64,000 nucleotides of DNA from Lama guanicoe (lineage: Eukaryota), in the NCBI GenBank assembly GCA_013239625.1, contig MU054212.1:9534898-9598897 (forward strand), in the 5' to 3' direction. The notes beneath the pieces were generated by a model, which was not told the DNA's origin, searched no databases, and saw only the letters and a list, made by a program, of their open reading frames with translations. This document shows, piece by piece, positions 22,101-34,900 of the stretch (the stretch's first letter is position 1; every line of letters begins with the position of its first letter). The translations under genes were made by a program, and so were the position numbers.

Positions 22101-24419
22101 AACAAGACAGAGGCCAGCGGGCCTGCCACGGGGTGGCCCCCAGAACTGGTGTGCCCTCCCCAGGGGGAACAAGGCCGCAGAATGGCAGAACTGGGCAGGA
22201 CCTTGGAAAATACCAAGGCTCTCACCTTTTTTAGATGAGGAGGTCAGGGCAGAGAGGGAACCCTGGGACTTGCATATGGGGCCTGGACTAAACCTAGGTT
22301 CGTGGAGTCTCTTGACTTCCTTATCCTAACCCCTTGCTTCTGCCCTCCTGCTCTTTTAAGCTGTGAGTGCCCGTGTCTGCAGGGGTGAGGGAGCACCTGC
22401 AGTTCTGGGGGGCAGATACCTCGGAAAGGCTGAGCCACAGAAGGTAGGGACTCGTCCCAGCCTTCCCTGAACCCAGAAAGGGCAACTCAGCTGCTCTCAT
22501 TGCAGGGCAGTGGGCGGAGTCTAGCCCTCCCCCTCTCCTGGTGGGAGGGGAAGCCAATAAAATGATGGATGGGAAAAGTACCCAGTTCTGTCAGGGGAAG
22601 GTACTTACAGCCAGCTCAGGAGGGACTGGACCAGAGTCCCTGGCATCCCACCTGAGTCCACCCTCTGGTCACACCTCCAGCAAGCATTTACTGAGCACTT
22701 ACTATGTGCCTCGGACTTGGCTGAACAGAGTCTGAGATAAGTGTTCAGGGCCCTTCTGTGTTTCTTCTTTCAATGGGTATGTGTGTGGGGTGTATGGCTG
22801 TCAGATCCCTGGAGAATTCAGTCTTTGGTCCCAGAGCCTCTGCCATGGAGCCCCCGTGGGAGAGGACAGTGAAGCAATGGCCCTGGACTGCAGGTCAGAA
22901 GGGGCCATTTGGGGAAGGACCCAGTAGCAACACCCTGAAGCCTTCCAGGAGGAAGTGGGCTGGAGTGAAGATGTCCAGGGGACGGGGGCTGGAGGCTCCA
23001 GGCCCACAACAGAATTGGAGCAAAGGCTGAGAGGTGGAAGGGCTCCCTTTGTCTGTTCTTTTGACCTGCTCCCAAGCGGTCCCTGCCTGGGGCAGTCTCC
23101 CAAGAAGAGGGTCCATGAGAGAGTTTGACTTTTCTCCATCTGCCTCTTGCCTGCCCTCCCCCCCACCAGCACACACGTCTCCCTGTTCTCTGGAGTCAGG
23201 AATCTTCATTCTCCCAGAACCTCAATCTAATTCTGAGTTTCAGTTTCCCAACCTATAAAAAAGCACCGTAAGTGCTTATGAAAAGGCAGGGGAGCATGTT
23301 TGCCAGAATCTCATTCTTCATCCAGCCCCTCCCATCCAGGAGGGAGACAGGCTCCTCTCATTCACTCAGAATGTCCAGGCAGGAGGGGGCTCTGGCTGGA
23401 AAGATTTGTATTTTAAAAGGAGAGCCCAGAAAACAGAGAAGCAAGACACTGATGGCAAGTTGAGGACGTTTCAGGGTGGGGGATGTTTCAGGGTGGTGCC
23501 TTAGGGCCCCCAGGTGTGAGGAAGCGTCATGCTGGCTGTGCAGGGTGAGTGGGCCCCGGAGGGAGGAGGAGGCGGGTGGCAGCCACTCACTAGACTTGCC
23601 AGCACCCTGGCTCTAATGCTCAAATTCCGGTTTAATTTTCAAAATTTGATTCGCTCATTACCAACGGCATTAAACAATATTTCCTGCTTAAGGATAGACG
23701 GCTGCTGGGGCACCGTGGACGAGTGTTCAGATGGTTAATGCCTTTTATGGCCGCAATAGACTTTTACTGTTCTCTTCCCTCCAGCTGCCGAGGGAGGGTT
23801 TGTGGGGGGACCTGAGCTGGGGGGAAGCCTGGGGGCCAGGGGCCAGGTGTAGAGTAAATGGCTTTGAGATCTGTGGCTGCTGGGGTGGGCAGAGGGGCTG
23901 CTAGGAGACATGGGGGCTGGGGGATGTTGGGCCAGACCTGCAAGAGACACTCTCCATAGGGAGGCCCAAGCTAAGCAGGTTGGGGAGTGGGGAGAAATTC
24001 CAGACCTTCATAGTGACTGAAGTGGAGGACTCTGGCCTGCTCTTGAGACATTGGCCCTGGGGGTGGGCAGGATGGGACCAGAGCCCAGAGCCCCCGGATC
24101 CCTACACCTGCCCCTCAGCTGCAGGTAGAGGCCATGTTGGGCCCTCAGGTGTCTCTTAGGCTATTTGTTGACCATGGGACCAGGGCACTTCCCAAAGCAC
24201 CCTCTGGATCTCAGGACCAACTGCTTTCCTGGGGAATGACCTCATCCCTGAGGGCTCACAGGCAGTGAGTCTGAAGGGGAAAGACCTGTTCCTTCTCCCC
24301 AACTTCACCCGCAGATCAGGGTGGACCTTGAATTGAAGGAAACGCGAGGCACACAGACTAGACAGGAGGGGTGGGGCCGGGGGGTGGCAGGGGCATCTTT
24401 CAGAGAGCAACTGAGGCTG

Positions 24420-24610
24420 GTTGTCAATCCTGGTTGACTGTGCCACCTTCCACAAGTCGTAGACCCTCCCTGAGCCTCCATTTCCTCAACTGTAAAAGGG
24501 GAATAGTAATCCCACCCGCCTCATAGGGCCATTGGGGGATGACATTAGTTGAGGTGGCTGAGGTTTTAGCACATGGCCAGGCGCAGAGTAGATGCTCAGT
24601 AAATGCATTT
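24420..24610 (+). mobile_element. MIR SINE
   Basis: ctgagcctccatttcctcaactgtaaaaggggaatagtaatcccacccgcctcatagggc...gctcagtaaatg. Confidence 0.8.
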
Positions 24611-26729
24611 CCTGCGCCGGTTATGGCCATGACGACCACTCACCTGCAGGGGTGGCAGCTGGCAGGGTGGGGATGCCCATCGCATCCCAGGGGTGCAGAG
24701 AGGACCCCCAGGAACACTGAACAGGCCTGTCCCGGGCCAGCCTGAGAAGCCCGGCTTCCTTTTTCCTCCCTCCAACCCCCGACCATACGGCAGTATTTGG
24801 GATTCCTCTGAGATGTCCCCCAGCATCTGCATCCTCCAGGTGGCCCACCTGGATTGATCCACAGGAAGAGACATTTCCCGCGAAGTTACAGTAAGCCCTG
24901 CTTTGTGCCAGTTCCACGAATTCTCCCTGTCCAGGCCTGTCAAGCACTCTGGCTCCTAAGGGACAAGTAGGTGTCAAACTGACATCTGAATTGAAATCTG
25001 TGCTATTTTGAAAATTGTTACAACTACCCCCTCCCTCTGCCCAAGTCCGGAGGCCTCCTCTGTGCCTCCTGGCCAGCGCTGAGGTGGACAGCACACAGTC
25101 TCAGATCTGTCTTTTAAATAGGGGAGCAGCAGACAGGGCTGAGGGCTCTGCACCCGCTCTTCTCATGCCTGGGAACCCACAGCTGCCTGCTCTCTTGCTG
25201 GTGCGAGAGTTTCCCATGTCACCATCCACACCAGGGTTAAAGGCCTGGATTTGGGTCTCTCTGCAGCCGTGTGACCCGGTCATCTGCCCCCCTGAGAGCC
25301 AGTCCCTTTGCCAGGTCACGGGGCCAAACCTAGGAGAGTCCTCAACGTGCACTGAACCAGTGAGTAGTGGCCTCCCCCTTCGCCCCCACAACATGGGCTG
25401 TGCCAGAGCCAGAGCCAGGGGCGCAGCTGGGTGGGAGCCGCACTGAGGATTAAAGCCTTCCTGCCTGGGAAGAAGGCTGAAGGAGACATCAAACCAGATC
25501 AAAGGCTGCTGGGGACGGGGCGGTGCGCAGGGGCTCCTGCTCCACTGGGGATGCAAATGAGGACCCTCCACCGCTCTGGCCCCTGGGGAGGCGGGGTGGG
25601 CCTTGATCTGCCGAGTTCCCTCCAGACAGTCTCTGTTTGATGTTGGGGTGGGAGGCGGCAGGAGACGGGAGAGCACATTCAGTCTCCCTCACTTGCATTC
25701 CTTCAGCCAGCTCTGCCTTCCAAATGCTTTGGGATGCGGCCTTGGCCATGAGAGTCGCCTCCTCACTGTCTCCGGATATCCACCCAGGCCCCTGCTGTCT
25801 GCTCTCCACACAGCAGCCAGAGGAGTCAGTTAAAATTCAACACAGAATGGTTCTCATTTATCACATTTATCTCCCACCTCACTGAGAACAAGCCCAAGTC
25901 TCCTAGTGACCTATAAGGAGCACCCCACACTCTGACTTTCTCATCCCTCCATCCCTCTGCTCAGACACGCACACTCTGCCCCAGGGCATTTGCACTGCTA
26001 TTCCTCCTCTTGTGAGATCATGGCCTAGATATCTGAAAGACACTGAACTCCAGGTATCCTCAGAAAGAAGGAAGAGTGACACCTGGAGATGAATGGGCAG
26101 CCCACACAGAGCCTGCAGTGATGAGCTCTGTGGGCAGAGAGGGTGGAAAGGGGTCTAAAAGCCTGGATCTGGGCCCTAGAGAATTTGCACGGAGGATTTG
26201 CCAGGTAGAAAAGGTGCAGGGCAGACATCCCAGGTCAGGGGGCAGCGTGTGCACAGGCAGGATGTGTGACAGAGCTCATCTTACGAGGAGTAGCAGCAGA
26301 CACACACACACCCCTCCCTCCTACCTTTTCTCCCCTGACCACGTGCTCCCCACTTCCCTCAAGGCCCACGCCCGGCCCCTTACCTCTGCCACTGGACACA
26401 GGGACTCAGACCCTGGGTCCAGGCTCCTCCTCACCTGTGTCCATCCACACTGCCCACCACGTCCTTGCTTGGCTCAGACTAGCTCTAATTCACAGCACCC
26501 AGGGGTTCTTCTGTGGTCCAGCTGGATTCCCAGGCCACCTACCCCAATGTCATCCCAGTGTCCTCAAGACAAAGGCCAGTGGACCCAACTCCCACATCAC
26601 AGAACCTCTGCTGTCCCCGGACAGCACTGGGCAGACCAGGTCCCCCCTCCCCACCACCAGGGCCCTGTGGTGCCCCTGCCTGAGGGAGGGCACTGCCCTG
26701 ACTCCCTCCAGGAGGCGGTTATAACAGCA

Positions 26730-26940
26730 GCAGTCAGCAGGGCTCTCATTCATCACGTACCTACCACGACCCCAGCACTGAAATAAGCCCTTTGCAGGCA
26801 TAGTGGATGTTTTATTATTTCTGCTGTGCAGGTGGAGAACCTGAAGCCCAGAGCAGTTGAATATCTTTCCCCAGGAATACACACCCAGTCACTGGGGACG
26901 CCAGGACTCAGAGCCAGCTGGTCTGAATGGAGCTGAGCTC
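26730..26940 (-). mobile_element. MIR SINE, degraded
   Basis: gtgcaggtggagaacctgaagcccagagcagttgaatatctttccccagga...gccaggactcagagcc. Confidence 0.6.
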
Positions 26941-28944
26941 ACAGGTCACCGTCCTTCCTGGTAGAAGACAGTGTTCCCTGGAGGTCTCAACTCTCCTCTT
27001 CCCACCCCTTCCATGTCTGCACAGGCAGCTGGCAAAGGCCTAGTGACCCCATTGCTCTGCCTGGGCCAGGGCTTCTGTTTAGAGCCCAGAAGGGGGCCGG
27101 GTGGGGCCCTCACAGGCCGCCGCTCAGCTTGGATGGAGCAGCTTCCCAGGATCCCTGACTGCCCAGGGACCCCCAGGCATGCCTCACCCCCCAGTTTTCA
27201 CTGCCATCTCCAGTTTCACTCGTCCCTCTGCCCCGGGCAGGGCTGTCTTGAAGTCTCCTGGGTGACCAAAGAAGAAAGCTCTGTCCTGATGACTCCTCAG
27301 ACCTCCCTCCACCTGGGATCTAGGCTGCAAGGGCTTATTTCCTCACCACACGGAGGTGGTGAGGTGGCAGAATCCCCTGTAACTGCAGTCCATGCCTCTC
27401 TAGCTCTGGTGCCTGCCCCGGGCAGAGGTGTGGCTCTCTGCCCTCCGGGGCTTGCAGCTGGTCTGGAGAGGCAGAACTAGAACTTGGGGACTGTCCCCAC
27501 TCTGGAGGGGGACAGGGCACAAATGGCCCCTGCACCCTCTTCTCTTGCACCCTTCGAGGCCATGGGCAGGCGTGGGGGCCCTGAGTTGGGCAGAGCTGAG
27601 CCCTGGAGGTCCAGCATGGGTGAGGGGTCCGGAGGCCATACCCACGCCCCCTGCTGCCTCTTTCTCTGGCCCTTCAGCCCTTGACCCTGGTGCCTGTGAG
27701 TCTGCGCCAGGCCTCCCAGCAGAAGCCTGGGGCACGTGGTGGCGCTAAGCAGAAGTCACCTCTCCCTGGGGCTGCGATGCGCAGCCGGCTCTCCAGGTAA
27801 CTGATTAGTTTGATCTGCTACCTTATCCTTACCAGGCGCCGCATGCCAGACGGCCCACATTCTGTGGGGACTTCTCGGCTGCCGAACCCTGTTGTCTAAT
27901 GGGGTTTCCACCGGCGTCTGGCGCACTTTCCAGCTTTTCACCCATCACAGGATAATTTATAGCATAATGGGGCCTTTTTTCCTTTATATCATGTGAGAGC
28001 ATAAATTATGGCCAGTTTGTCCTCGGCGCTCAAGGAGACAGACAAAGCAGGGCTTTATTCCAGCAAAGGCAGGAGGCTCCTGCAGGGGGTGAGGCCGGGT
28101 GGTCCGCAAGGAGAGGGGGCGGCAAGAGGAGGAGAGACCAAAGAACACCTTAAGCACATCTCATTGGCAGGGCAGAGAATCTAGTCGAGGTGGCCATATA
28201 CGGGGAAGAACTGACAGTCCCCACTTGGAGTGTTTGCTTCTATTAACCGCTGAGGGGGCCCTCATTACCTGGGCAGTAGAGATACACCACTGTCTGCCAC
28301 CTGCAGGTGACCCGCCCTGCAGACCAGCCTCTAACTCTAGTGGCGGGCTGAACCTTGTGTTGGATCTTCCCAGCCTCACGGGGAGAGTGGGTGCTCATGG
28401 GTCCACCCCCTCCCTCCCCACCTCCTGCCGCAGCCAGACACCCAGTGCAGTGCCAGACAGCCGGGCAAACCTCCCGTCCCTCTGACCCATGGCCCGTTTT
28501 TAACATTCAGGGTGTGGCTTTGCTTCTTGTGGGAGGAGAGTGACAGCCCAAGCTAACAGCCCGCTGCCTGTCCTCCTGGGGAGGTGCCAGCACCTGAAGG
28601 TCAGCCTTACTAGATTAACACAGCAGGAGTCACACCTGAAACCAGAAGCTGCAGCTACTGACCACCCTTCTCCCGACCCCTGGACACTGTGACAAGGGTT
28701 TCTGGTGACCCTAAGTGGGATGGGGTCTTCAGAAGTCACCTGGCCCAGACTCCTCCAGCATGACCCAATGTGGAGATGATGCTTGCTGAACACCCTGGCA
28801 GAAGAAAATTCCCTCATTCGTACTCTGGAGAGCTCAACCCCGCCTAGAGCCCAATTCCGGCCCCTAGCGCACCAAAGCCTGCTCCTTCCGCCTCAAGACA
28901 CCCTTCTGAGAGTAACAGCAGGAGTCTTGGGTCTTGTAAGATGA

Positions 28945-29120
28945 TGCTTCTCAGCCCTGGCTGCTGTCAAATTCACCTGGAGGCTTTAAAATACAGTTGT
29001 GCCCAGCCAGCCCCCGAAATACAGTTTGATCCAGGCATCTGTATTTTTGTTTTTGTTTTTTGTGGGTTTTTTTTTAAAGCTCCTCGGGTGATAGCAGCAC
29101 ACAGCCAGGGCTGGGAAGGG
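28945..29120. mobile_element. MER5A-like DNA transposon
   Basis: cttctcagccctggctgc...tcacctggaggctttaaaatac...ccaggcatctgtattttt...aaagctcctcgggtgat...cagccagggctggga. Confidence 0.7.
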
Positions 29121-29644
29121 CTGGGATAGGTCTTCTCGAGGCTGATCCCAGCCAGCTCTCCTCGGGCACCCCATCTCTGCCCTCAGCCTGCCTACGGGAG
29201 CTCAGCCCTTCAGACTACAGGATTCTGTGTGTGCTGGTGCTGGGGAAGGGTGGCGCCCACCTCCTCTGCCCTGAAACCTGAGCTCGGGCATCCTCCATCT
29301 CTCGCGGGGTTATTCTGGAAAGACATCATCCTAATCTGGGGAGATGGGGTGAGGGGGGATTATCAAGGTCAGCACAAAGCCCACCCCTCTGTTGGAAGCT
29401 TCCCCCTCTTCTTCCTCTCTCCTCTCTTGTGTCCCTCTCCCCTCCACCCACCAGGCCAGCCCTGCTGTGAGAGGAGGGTCCCAGGCTCCTCTTTCTTCAG
29501 CCCTCCAGTTTCCTTCTTATCCATCTTTGTTCCAGCCACCCTACCCCTCCTGGAGTCACTACTGTCCCCACCCCCTTCCCCATGGAACTGGATGGTCCAG
29601 GCTTAAGTACACAAGCACTCACTGCGTTAACTTGTGACTGATAA

Positions 29645-29830
29645 TGGGCTACAGATAGACACAGAGACGGATGAATAGCAGACATGATTAATAGATGCTA
29701 GATACCCAGATTAAATGTTGGATGATAGATAGATACACAGAGGAGAGAAAAATGATTGCAGAAAGCAGAGATTTATGATCAATGGCACATAAATAGTGAT
29801 AGGCAAATATAGATGGATGGATGGCCGAGA
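29645..29830. repeat. Degenerate (GATA/GATG)n simple repeat
   Basis: agatagac...gatgatagatagatac...agatggatggatgg. Confidence 0.6.
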
Positions 29831-30309
29831 TGTTTCTGAGAACTTCCCATAATGGGGTCAAAATGTAAAAGGTGAGAAAACGAGTCGTGGCCACTCACAC
29901 CTGTTGGGGTATCAGCTCTCAGAGGAACAAGGAACCCTGTTCTGCTCAAGACCTGTCTTAAAGCAACTTCTTTTTCAGCTCAGGTTCCTGAACCTCCACT
30001 TGTCCGATGGGTTTGAAGTTAACGTAGGTTGCAGGGAGGCTGGGTTCCTGTGGCCACCTTTGATATTTTTGCCCCCTGACTCCCCACTATACCGAGTGAG
30101 GGCTTCCCTGCCTGTCTCCCCCATAGATACAGGCTCCTCAAAGGCTAAGGCCATGCCTTCCAACCCCACAGAGCAGGTTGGCTCTTGGAGTGGGGCAGGC
30201 TGGACCGGCCCCTGTTAGATGTTGGATGGCAGGTGTCAGCCCACATGGCACACGCAGAGATTCAGCCACTCAATCCCTCCATTGGGAACCAGGCCCTCAG
30301 AGAGAACCA

Positions 30310-30515
30310 TGACAGCTGGCTAATCCAAAGCACTTGCTGCGAGCCAGGCATTGCTCCAAGCACTCCAAGTCTATGAAGTGGGTGCCACTGTTACCCCATT
30401 TTACAGATGAGGAAACTGAGGCAGAGAGAGGTTTGGCAACTTTCCAGAGGTCCCAGAGCTACTAACTGCAGGGCCAGGATTTGAAACTGGGTGGTCTGGC
30501 TCCGGAGCTTGCATC
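30310..30515 (-). mobile_element. MIR SINE
   Basis: ccccattttacagatgaggaaactgaggcagagagaggtttggcaactttccagaggtccca...ggatttgaaactgggtggtctggctccggagc is a well-preserved core. Confidence 0.9.
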
Positions 30516-31509
30516 CTCCAGGCAGGAAGTACCCCCAGCCCTACTGGATGGTTGCAAGGTGCTGGTGAGCACAGGCGAGCACATGGCTCTGGGAACTGCA
30601 AAAAGCTGCATGATTTGCAAGATGTCGTTATTTCTAATGACTAATGAGATTGTGAGGGGAGTGTCAGTTTCCTCGAGAGAACAAATTATTTTGAAGGGTG
30701 GCAGCGTATTAACTAGCGGTGTGTGGCTGCCAGTGCTAACTATAGAGGATCTTGTTCTTGTCACTCAAAGGGGCTCCCTGAGGCCTTCAGGTTGGCAGTA
30801 TTTGGTGACCATGAAGTTCAGTTTAGAGAAAGGCAGAAAGCTAGCTGTGGGTTGACCCTAGATCCCTTCTATTATCTTCCAGTCAGTCACATAGTCAGTC
30901 ACATTGTCAGTCAACAAACCGTGTGCCAGGTACCATGCTGGGAGATATAAGTAGATCTGATCCTAGAGTAAAAGTGCTTCCAGGTTGGGGTGTGAATGGC
31001 CCGGCTGTGGAAGGGCAGAGCAGGACAGGGGCTGACAGACGGGGGCTGCACTGCAGAGCGTGAGGATTCTGCTGGGGCAGGCCAGCATGATGGCTGGGAC
31101 CACAAGCACTGCGGACACGCTGTCTGCCTCCCTTCTCAGGGAAGCGCTGGGCAGGGAGGGGTGGGGATAAGGAAGGAAACCCCGGATGGGAGCACAGAGG
31201 AGACGATGCAAAGAATCCTACTCACCTCCAGTGCCTGTTTGCTGGAGAACTGTGTTTTGAAAAGGCAGACACAACCCTCCCATCGACAGGTCTGGAGTTG
31301 GGGCGGCTAAAGTGACAGCCCTGTAGGGCCCACTCTGGAGCAGGCAAGTCCGGAAATGAAGGAGGAGGGCAAAGACCCCTGCTCGCTGGCAGGGGTGCCC
31401 CTTCCCCCAACCGGTCCTCCTCACTCCACCACCGCCAGACTCTTCTATAAGGGCTGGCACTAGCGGGGCACTTCCAGTATTCGGCCCCATTCTCGCTACC
31501 ACACTTCAA

Positions 31510-31600
31510 CACAGCATGGTCATATCCCCATTTGACAGATCAGTCAACTGACGCCCAGAGAGGCTGAGAAGCAGGCTCAAGGTCACCAGGGCAGTATGCA
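31510..31600 (-). mobile_element. MIR SINE fragment
   Basis: atccccatttgacagatcagtcaactgacgcccagagaggctgagaag...tcaaggtcac. Confidence 0.65.
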
Positions 31601-34289
31601 GTATAAGTGGGGTTGGAGCCAGTCATCTCAGCCAGCTCCCCCTCGACTCCGACGAGCCCAGCACATGCCTTTGGACTCAGCATTGCCCTCTTCAGGGAGG
31701 TCTTTGAAATGTGCTGGCTTATGTCACCTCAACATGACTGATTTTGCTAAAAAAAAAAAAATCCTCTATGATCGAAAGGACTAGATCAGGCTTGGGAATG
31801 GAAAAGGAGACACAGGGGTGGCAGCATGACAGGACTGGAAAAGGACTCGGGGGTGGGGGAGGGGTGTCTGGTGTCTGGGAGAAAAGCCGTGATGGGGCTG
31901 AGCTGGGGAGGCCACCGAGGGCAGGCGGAGCTGGAGGGGAGGGGGTCTGGGATGTAACAGGACGTGCGGTGGGGACAGGTGTGTGGGGGCAGTGAGAAGT
32001 GTCCCCTTGCTATGGCAGCCCCAGCAAGGAGTCCCCCGCCCCCAACCCTGAGCTTAGGGTGAGGAGGAGGAGGCTGAAGAGCCTGATGGAGAGCGAGGAA
32101 GAGGAGAAGGAGAGAAAGGGAATACAAGGGCTCTCAGCCTAGGTCTCCCCTCAGGGGCCACAGGAAGTGGTCCCTGCCCCGCCTTCTCCCCTCCCTGTGC
32201 CCAGCAGCCAGACAGCCCAGGGCAGAGATGCCACCTGACCTTGGGGTCCCAGGCGCCTCAAGCCTGGTCTGTTGAATCAGAGATACCCCACTCCCGGGTA
32301 GAAGTGACTATTTTTGAAGTGCCTGCAGATGCTGTTGTGCTTTAAGAAGCAGCAATTCATTCCAAAGCACGCTTGCTTCAAGGTAGCTTATTGCCATTTT
32401 GCATTCTCCCAAACAATGGAGACTCAAAGCAAAACATCTGTCAAGGGGGCGGGGGGTGCTGATGAATTTTTGATGTGAAAAATGGCTCTTAACCTTGAAA
32501 AGTCTGGGCGTGCTGATCCAAGGAGGGCAGCGGGAGCTCAAAGAGCAGAAGGTGCCAAGGTGCCATAAGCACACCCTAGGCCTGGCGCCACCTCACCCAC
32601 AAGACTACAGCGCTACCCACCCCACCCCGGGGGAGGGGGCGGCGACGGACGTGGGGAGCACCCCAAACCTGCAGTGAGGAGTCGCGCTTCTAGCCCCGAG
32701 TCCCCCCAGACTGCCACCTGGGCAGGACGTCGGCCCTTCTCTGAGCCCCATCCTCAAGCTCATCCTTTGATTTGGCGGGAGGAGTGGGGATGGCTGAGTT
32801 CAGCTTTCAGTTAAAAATGTGAGTCCATGGTATTTAACTCTGTCGATGCCAGGAGAGGCGCCTCCTGTCTTTTCACTGCTGGGAGTGCCCAGTTTGGCGC
32901 CTCACAGAGCACATGTTCGCTCGGTAAACGCTGCTGGAATGAATAATAACCGAAACCCACGTATCTGTAAGGAGGTTCAGTCTGAAATCACTACAGGCTG
33001 GGAAGGGAGCCTGAACCCCCTGACACGTCTCCTTCCATCCCACACCTGGCATGACCAGGGTCCACCTTCAGCAAAGATAAAACGGGAACCCACATTGGAT
33101 TTAGTGACCAGGGGCTTGGATTTGGTTCCCACGGGCTGGGCCCAGCTCTGTGATCACTCCCTTTTCTGGGCAATGGGATTGCTAGGCCTGTGGCTGTGGG
33201 CTGACCAGGGGCCCCGGGGATTTAGAATCCCTTTGAATAGGGCTGTTCAAATAGGTGAATAGGTGGTTACCTCTACTCAGCTGCCTCCCCGACCCCACTG
33301 CACTGGGGACATTGCTCCAAGATCCCCAGGGTCCCCAGGGGTCCCTAGAACATCCTATTTCAGCCCCCTCTATTCAGGTAGCACCCATGGTTAGATCTTG
33401 CCTTCTTATTAACCATCATAAAAAAACTACCCAGTCTCTTGTCCCAACGCAGCAAGGCCCTATGCTCCCCTTGAGCATCTTGTCACTTCCAGAGCACTAA
33501 TGGTGGACACTGGGACCCATGAGGTTTTCTTTCCAGATAGGCGCCTTTTAACAAGGCCCTCCAAAGCCTTAATCCAAAGGAATGGCGTTTTAGGGTGACA
33601 AGTCAGGCCTTCTGACAGCGGGAGAAGATGTGTGATGGCTTAGGGCAAGGAGACCTTCCTAAGACAGTCAAGCCACCCTACAGAAGTGCCCACCCTTTCT
33701 GCCTTGGGTGAGGCTGTGCTGCCTGCTCCCTGCCTCGCCCGCTCCCTGCCACCCGGAAGTGACCCACGCGGGCCAAGTACTTAGCGCAGCCCCTGAAATG
33801 GAGGAAAAGTTGCCTGGTTATTAGCGGTGCCTAATGATATTTGCATAGATTAACAGACTTTAATGCAATCATGAATGCCACAATCCAGAGAAAATAATGA
33901 AGAAATCCATTACAAAGTCATAAAGTAACTAAGTCAATACAGTAATGATTTGATTCCATATTAGTAATAATTTCATCTCCTGCTGCAAGGCGATTTTCAA
34001 ATCCGCACCGTTTCTGGGCACTTTTATAAATTTCACCTTTGTTTGAGATAATTAATTAACTAAATTTTAAAAATACACTGCTGGTATTTTATACAATAAG
34101 TTAGTCATTAGTCTAAAGTGGCAGGCTATACTAAAACTTATTAAGATGGATGTGCTGGGATTTCTAACTTCTCTTCAAGTGGCCTGTAACCCTTTCATTG
34201 GCAAAACCCGAGGGGGCTGCCTGGTGGCAGCAGTGGCTCAGGTGGATAGTCTGGACCAACAGGAACCCATGAAACATGGCAGGTGAGGT

Positions 34290-34636
34290 AAGCCCTTGCG
34301 CCCTTCAGGGCCTGTGAGTTCCCTCCAAGGGGAGGCTCTGTCCTTGCCTCTTTCTAGGTTCTGGTGTTTGCCAGCAATCCTTGGCTTTCCTTAGCTCGCA
34401 GTGGCCTGACTCCAACCTCTTCCTCCATCGTCACGTCTCTCTGCATGTCCTGTGTCCCTGTGCTTGAATTTCCTCCTTCTAGGGACACCAGTCCTACTGG
34501 ATTGAGGGCCCACCCTAATCCAGTGTGACTTCATCTTCACTTGACTACATCTGTGAAGACCTTATTTCCAAATAAGGTCACATTCATAGATTGCAGGTGG
34601 ATGAGAATTTTGGAGGGACACTATTTAACCCACTAC
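34290..34636 (-). mobile_element. MLT1 (ERVL-MaLR) LTR, MLT1B/C-like
   Basis: ggacaccagtcctactggattgagggcccaccctaatccagtgtgacttcatctt...tacatctgtgaagaccttatttccaaataaggtcacattc...ggacactatttaacccactaca. Confidence 0.85.
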
Positions 34637-34759
34637 AGGCACCAAGGTCTTGTGTGATTGCTGCCCCTGCTCCCCCGGGAGTGAGGGAAGAGACCCGGTC
34701 AGGCTGAGGTGCTGAACATGCCAGATGAGGCAGGGGCTGGCTCCTGGAAATTCGGGTTT

Positions 34760-34900
34760 CCTAAGAGGTCCTCCAACAGGCTAAAGGGGATTGTGGGTCC
34801 CTGAAATGGTCAGCACCATTTCAAATCTATGAGTATTTCTCCTGGAGAAAGAGTTCATAGCTTCCATCAGATTTCAAAGGGGACCCAGACCCCAAAGGAT
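34760..34900. mobile_element. Old hAT-type DNA transposon fragment; a similar end occurs at about 37505-37566
   Basis: ggagaaagagttcatagcttccatcagatttcaaaggggacccagacccc versus cagtttcccaaaggagtctgtgacccagaagggttaagaaccc. I cannot assign the subfamily by eye. Confidence 0.5.

Noticed and set aside
21610..26620. Partial REST/RE1-like matches (caccacggaca near 21620; gctgtccccggacagc near 26610)
   Set aside because: Only half-sites are present; no canonical 21-bp RE1.
26076..26786. 236-aa + strand ORF, and the many other 60-210 aa ORFs in the track
   Set aside because: No recognisable protein similarity or splice/start context; many start at non-ATG codons or overlap MIR, L2 or MLT remnants.
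23463..30913. Tiny tandem duplications (period 17 near 23464-23496; period 12 near 30881-30913)
   Set aside because: Ordinary slippage events with no array or spacer structure. No CRISPR-like array, tRNA or rRNA was seen anywhere in the window.
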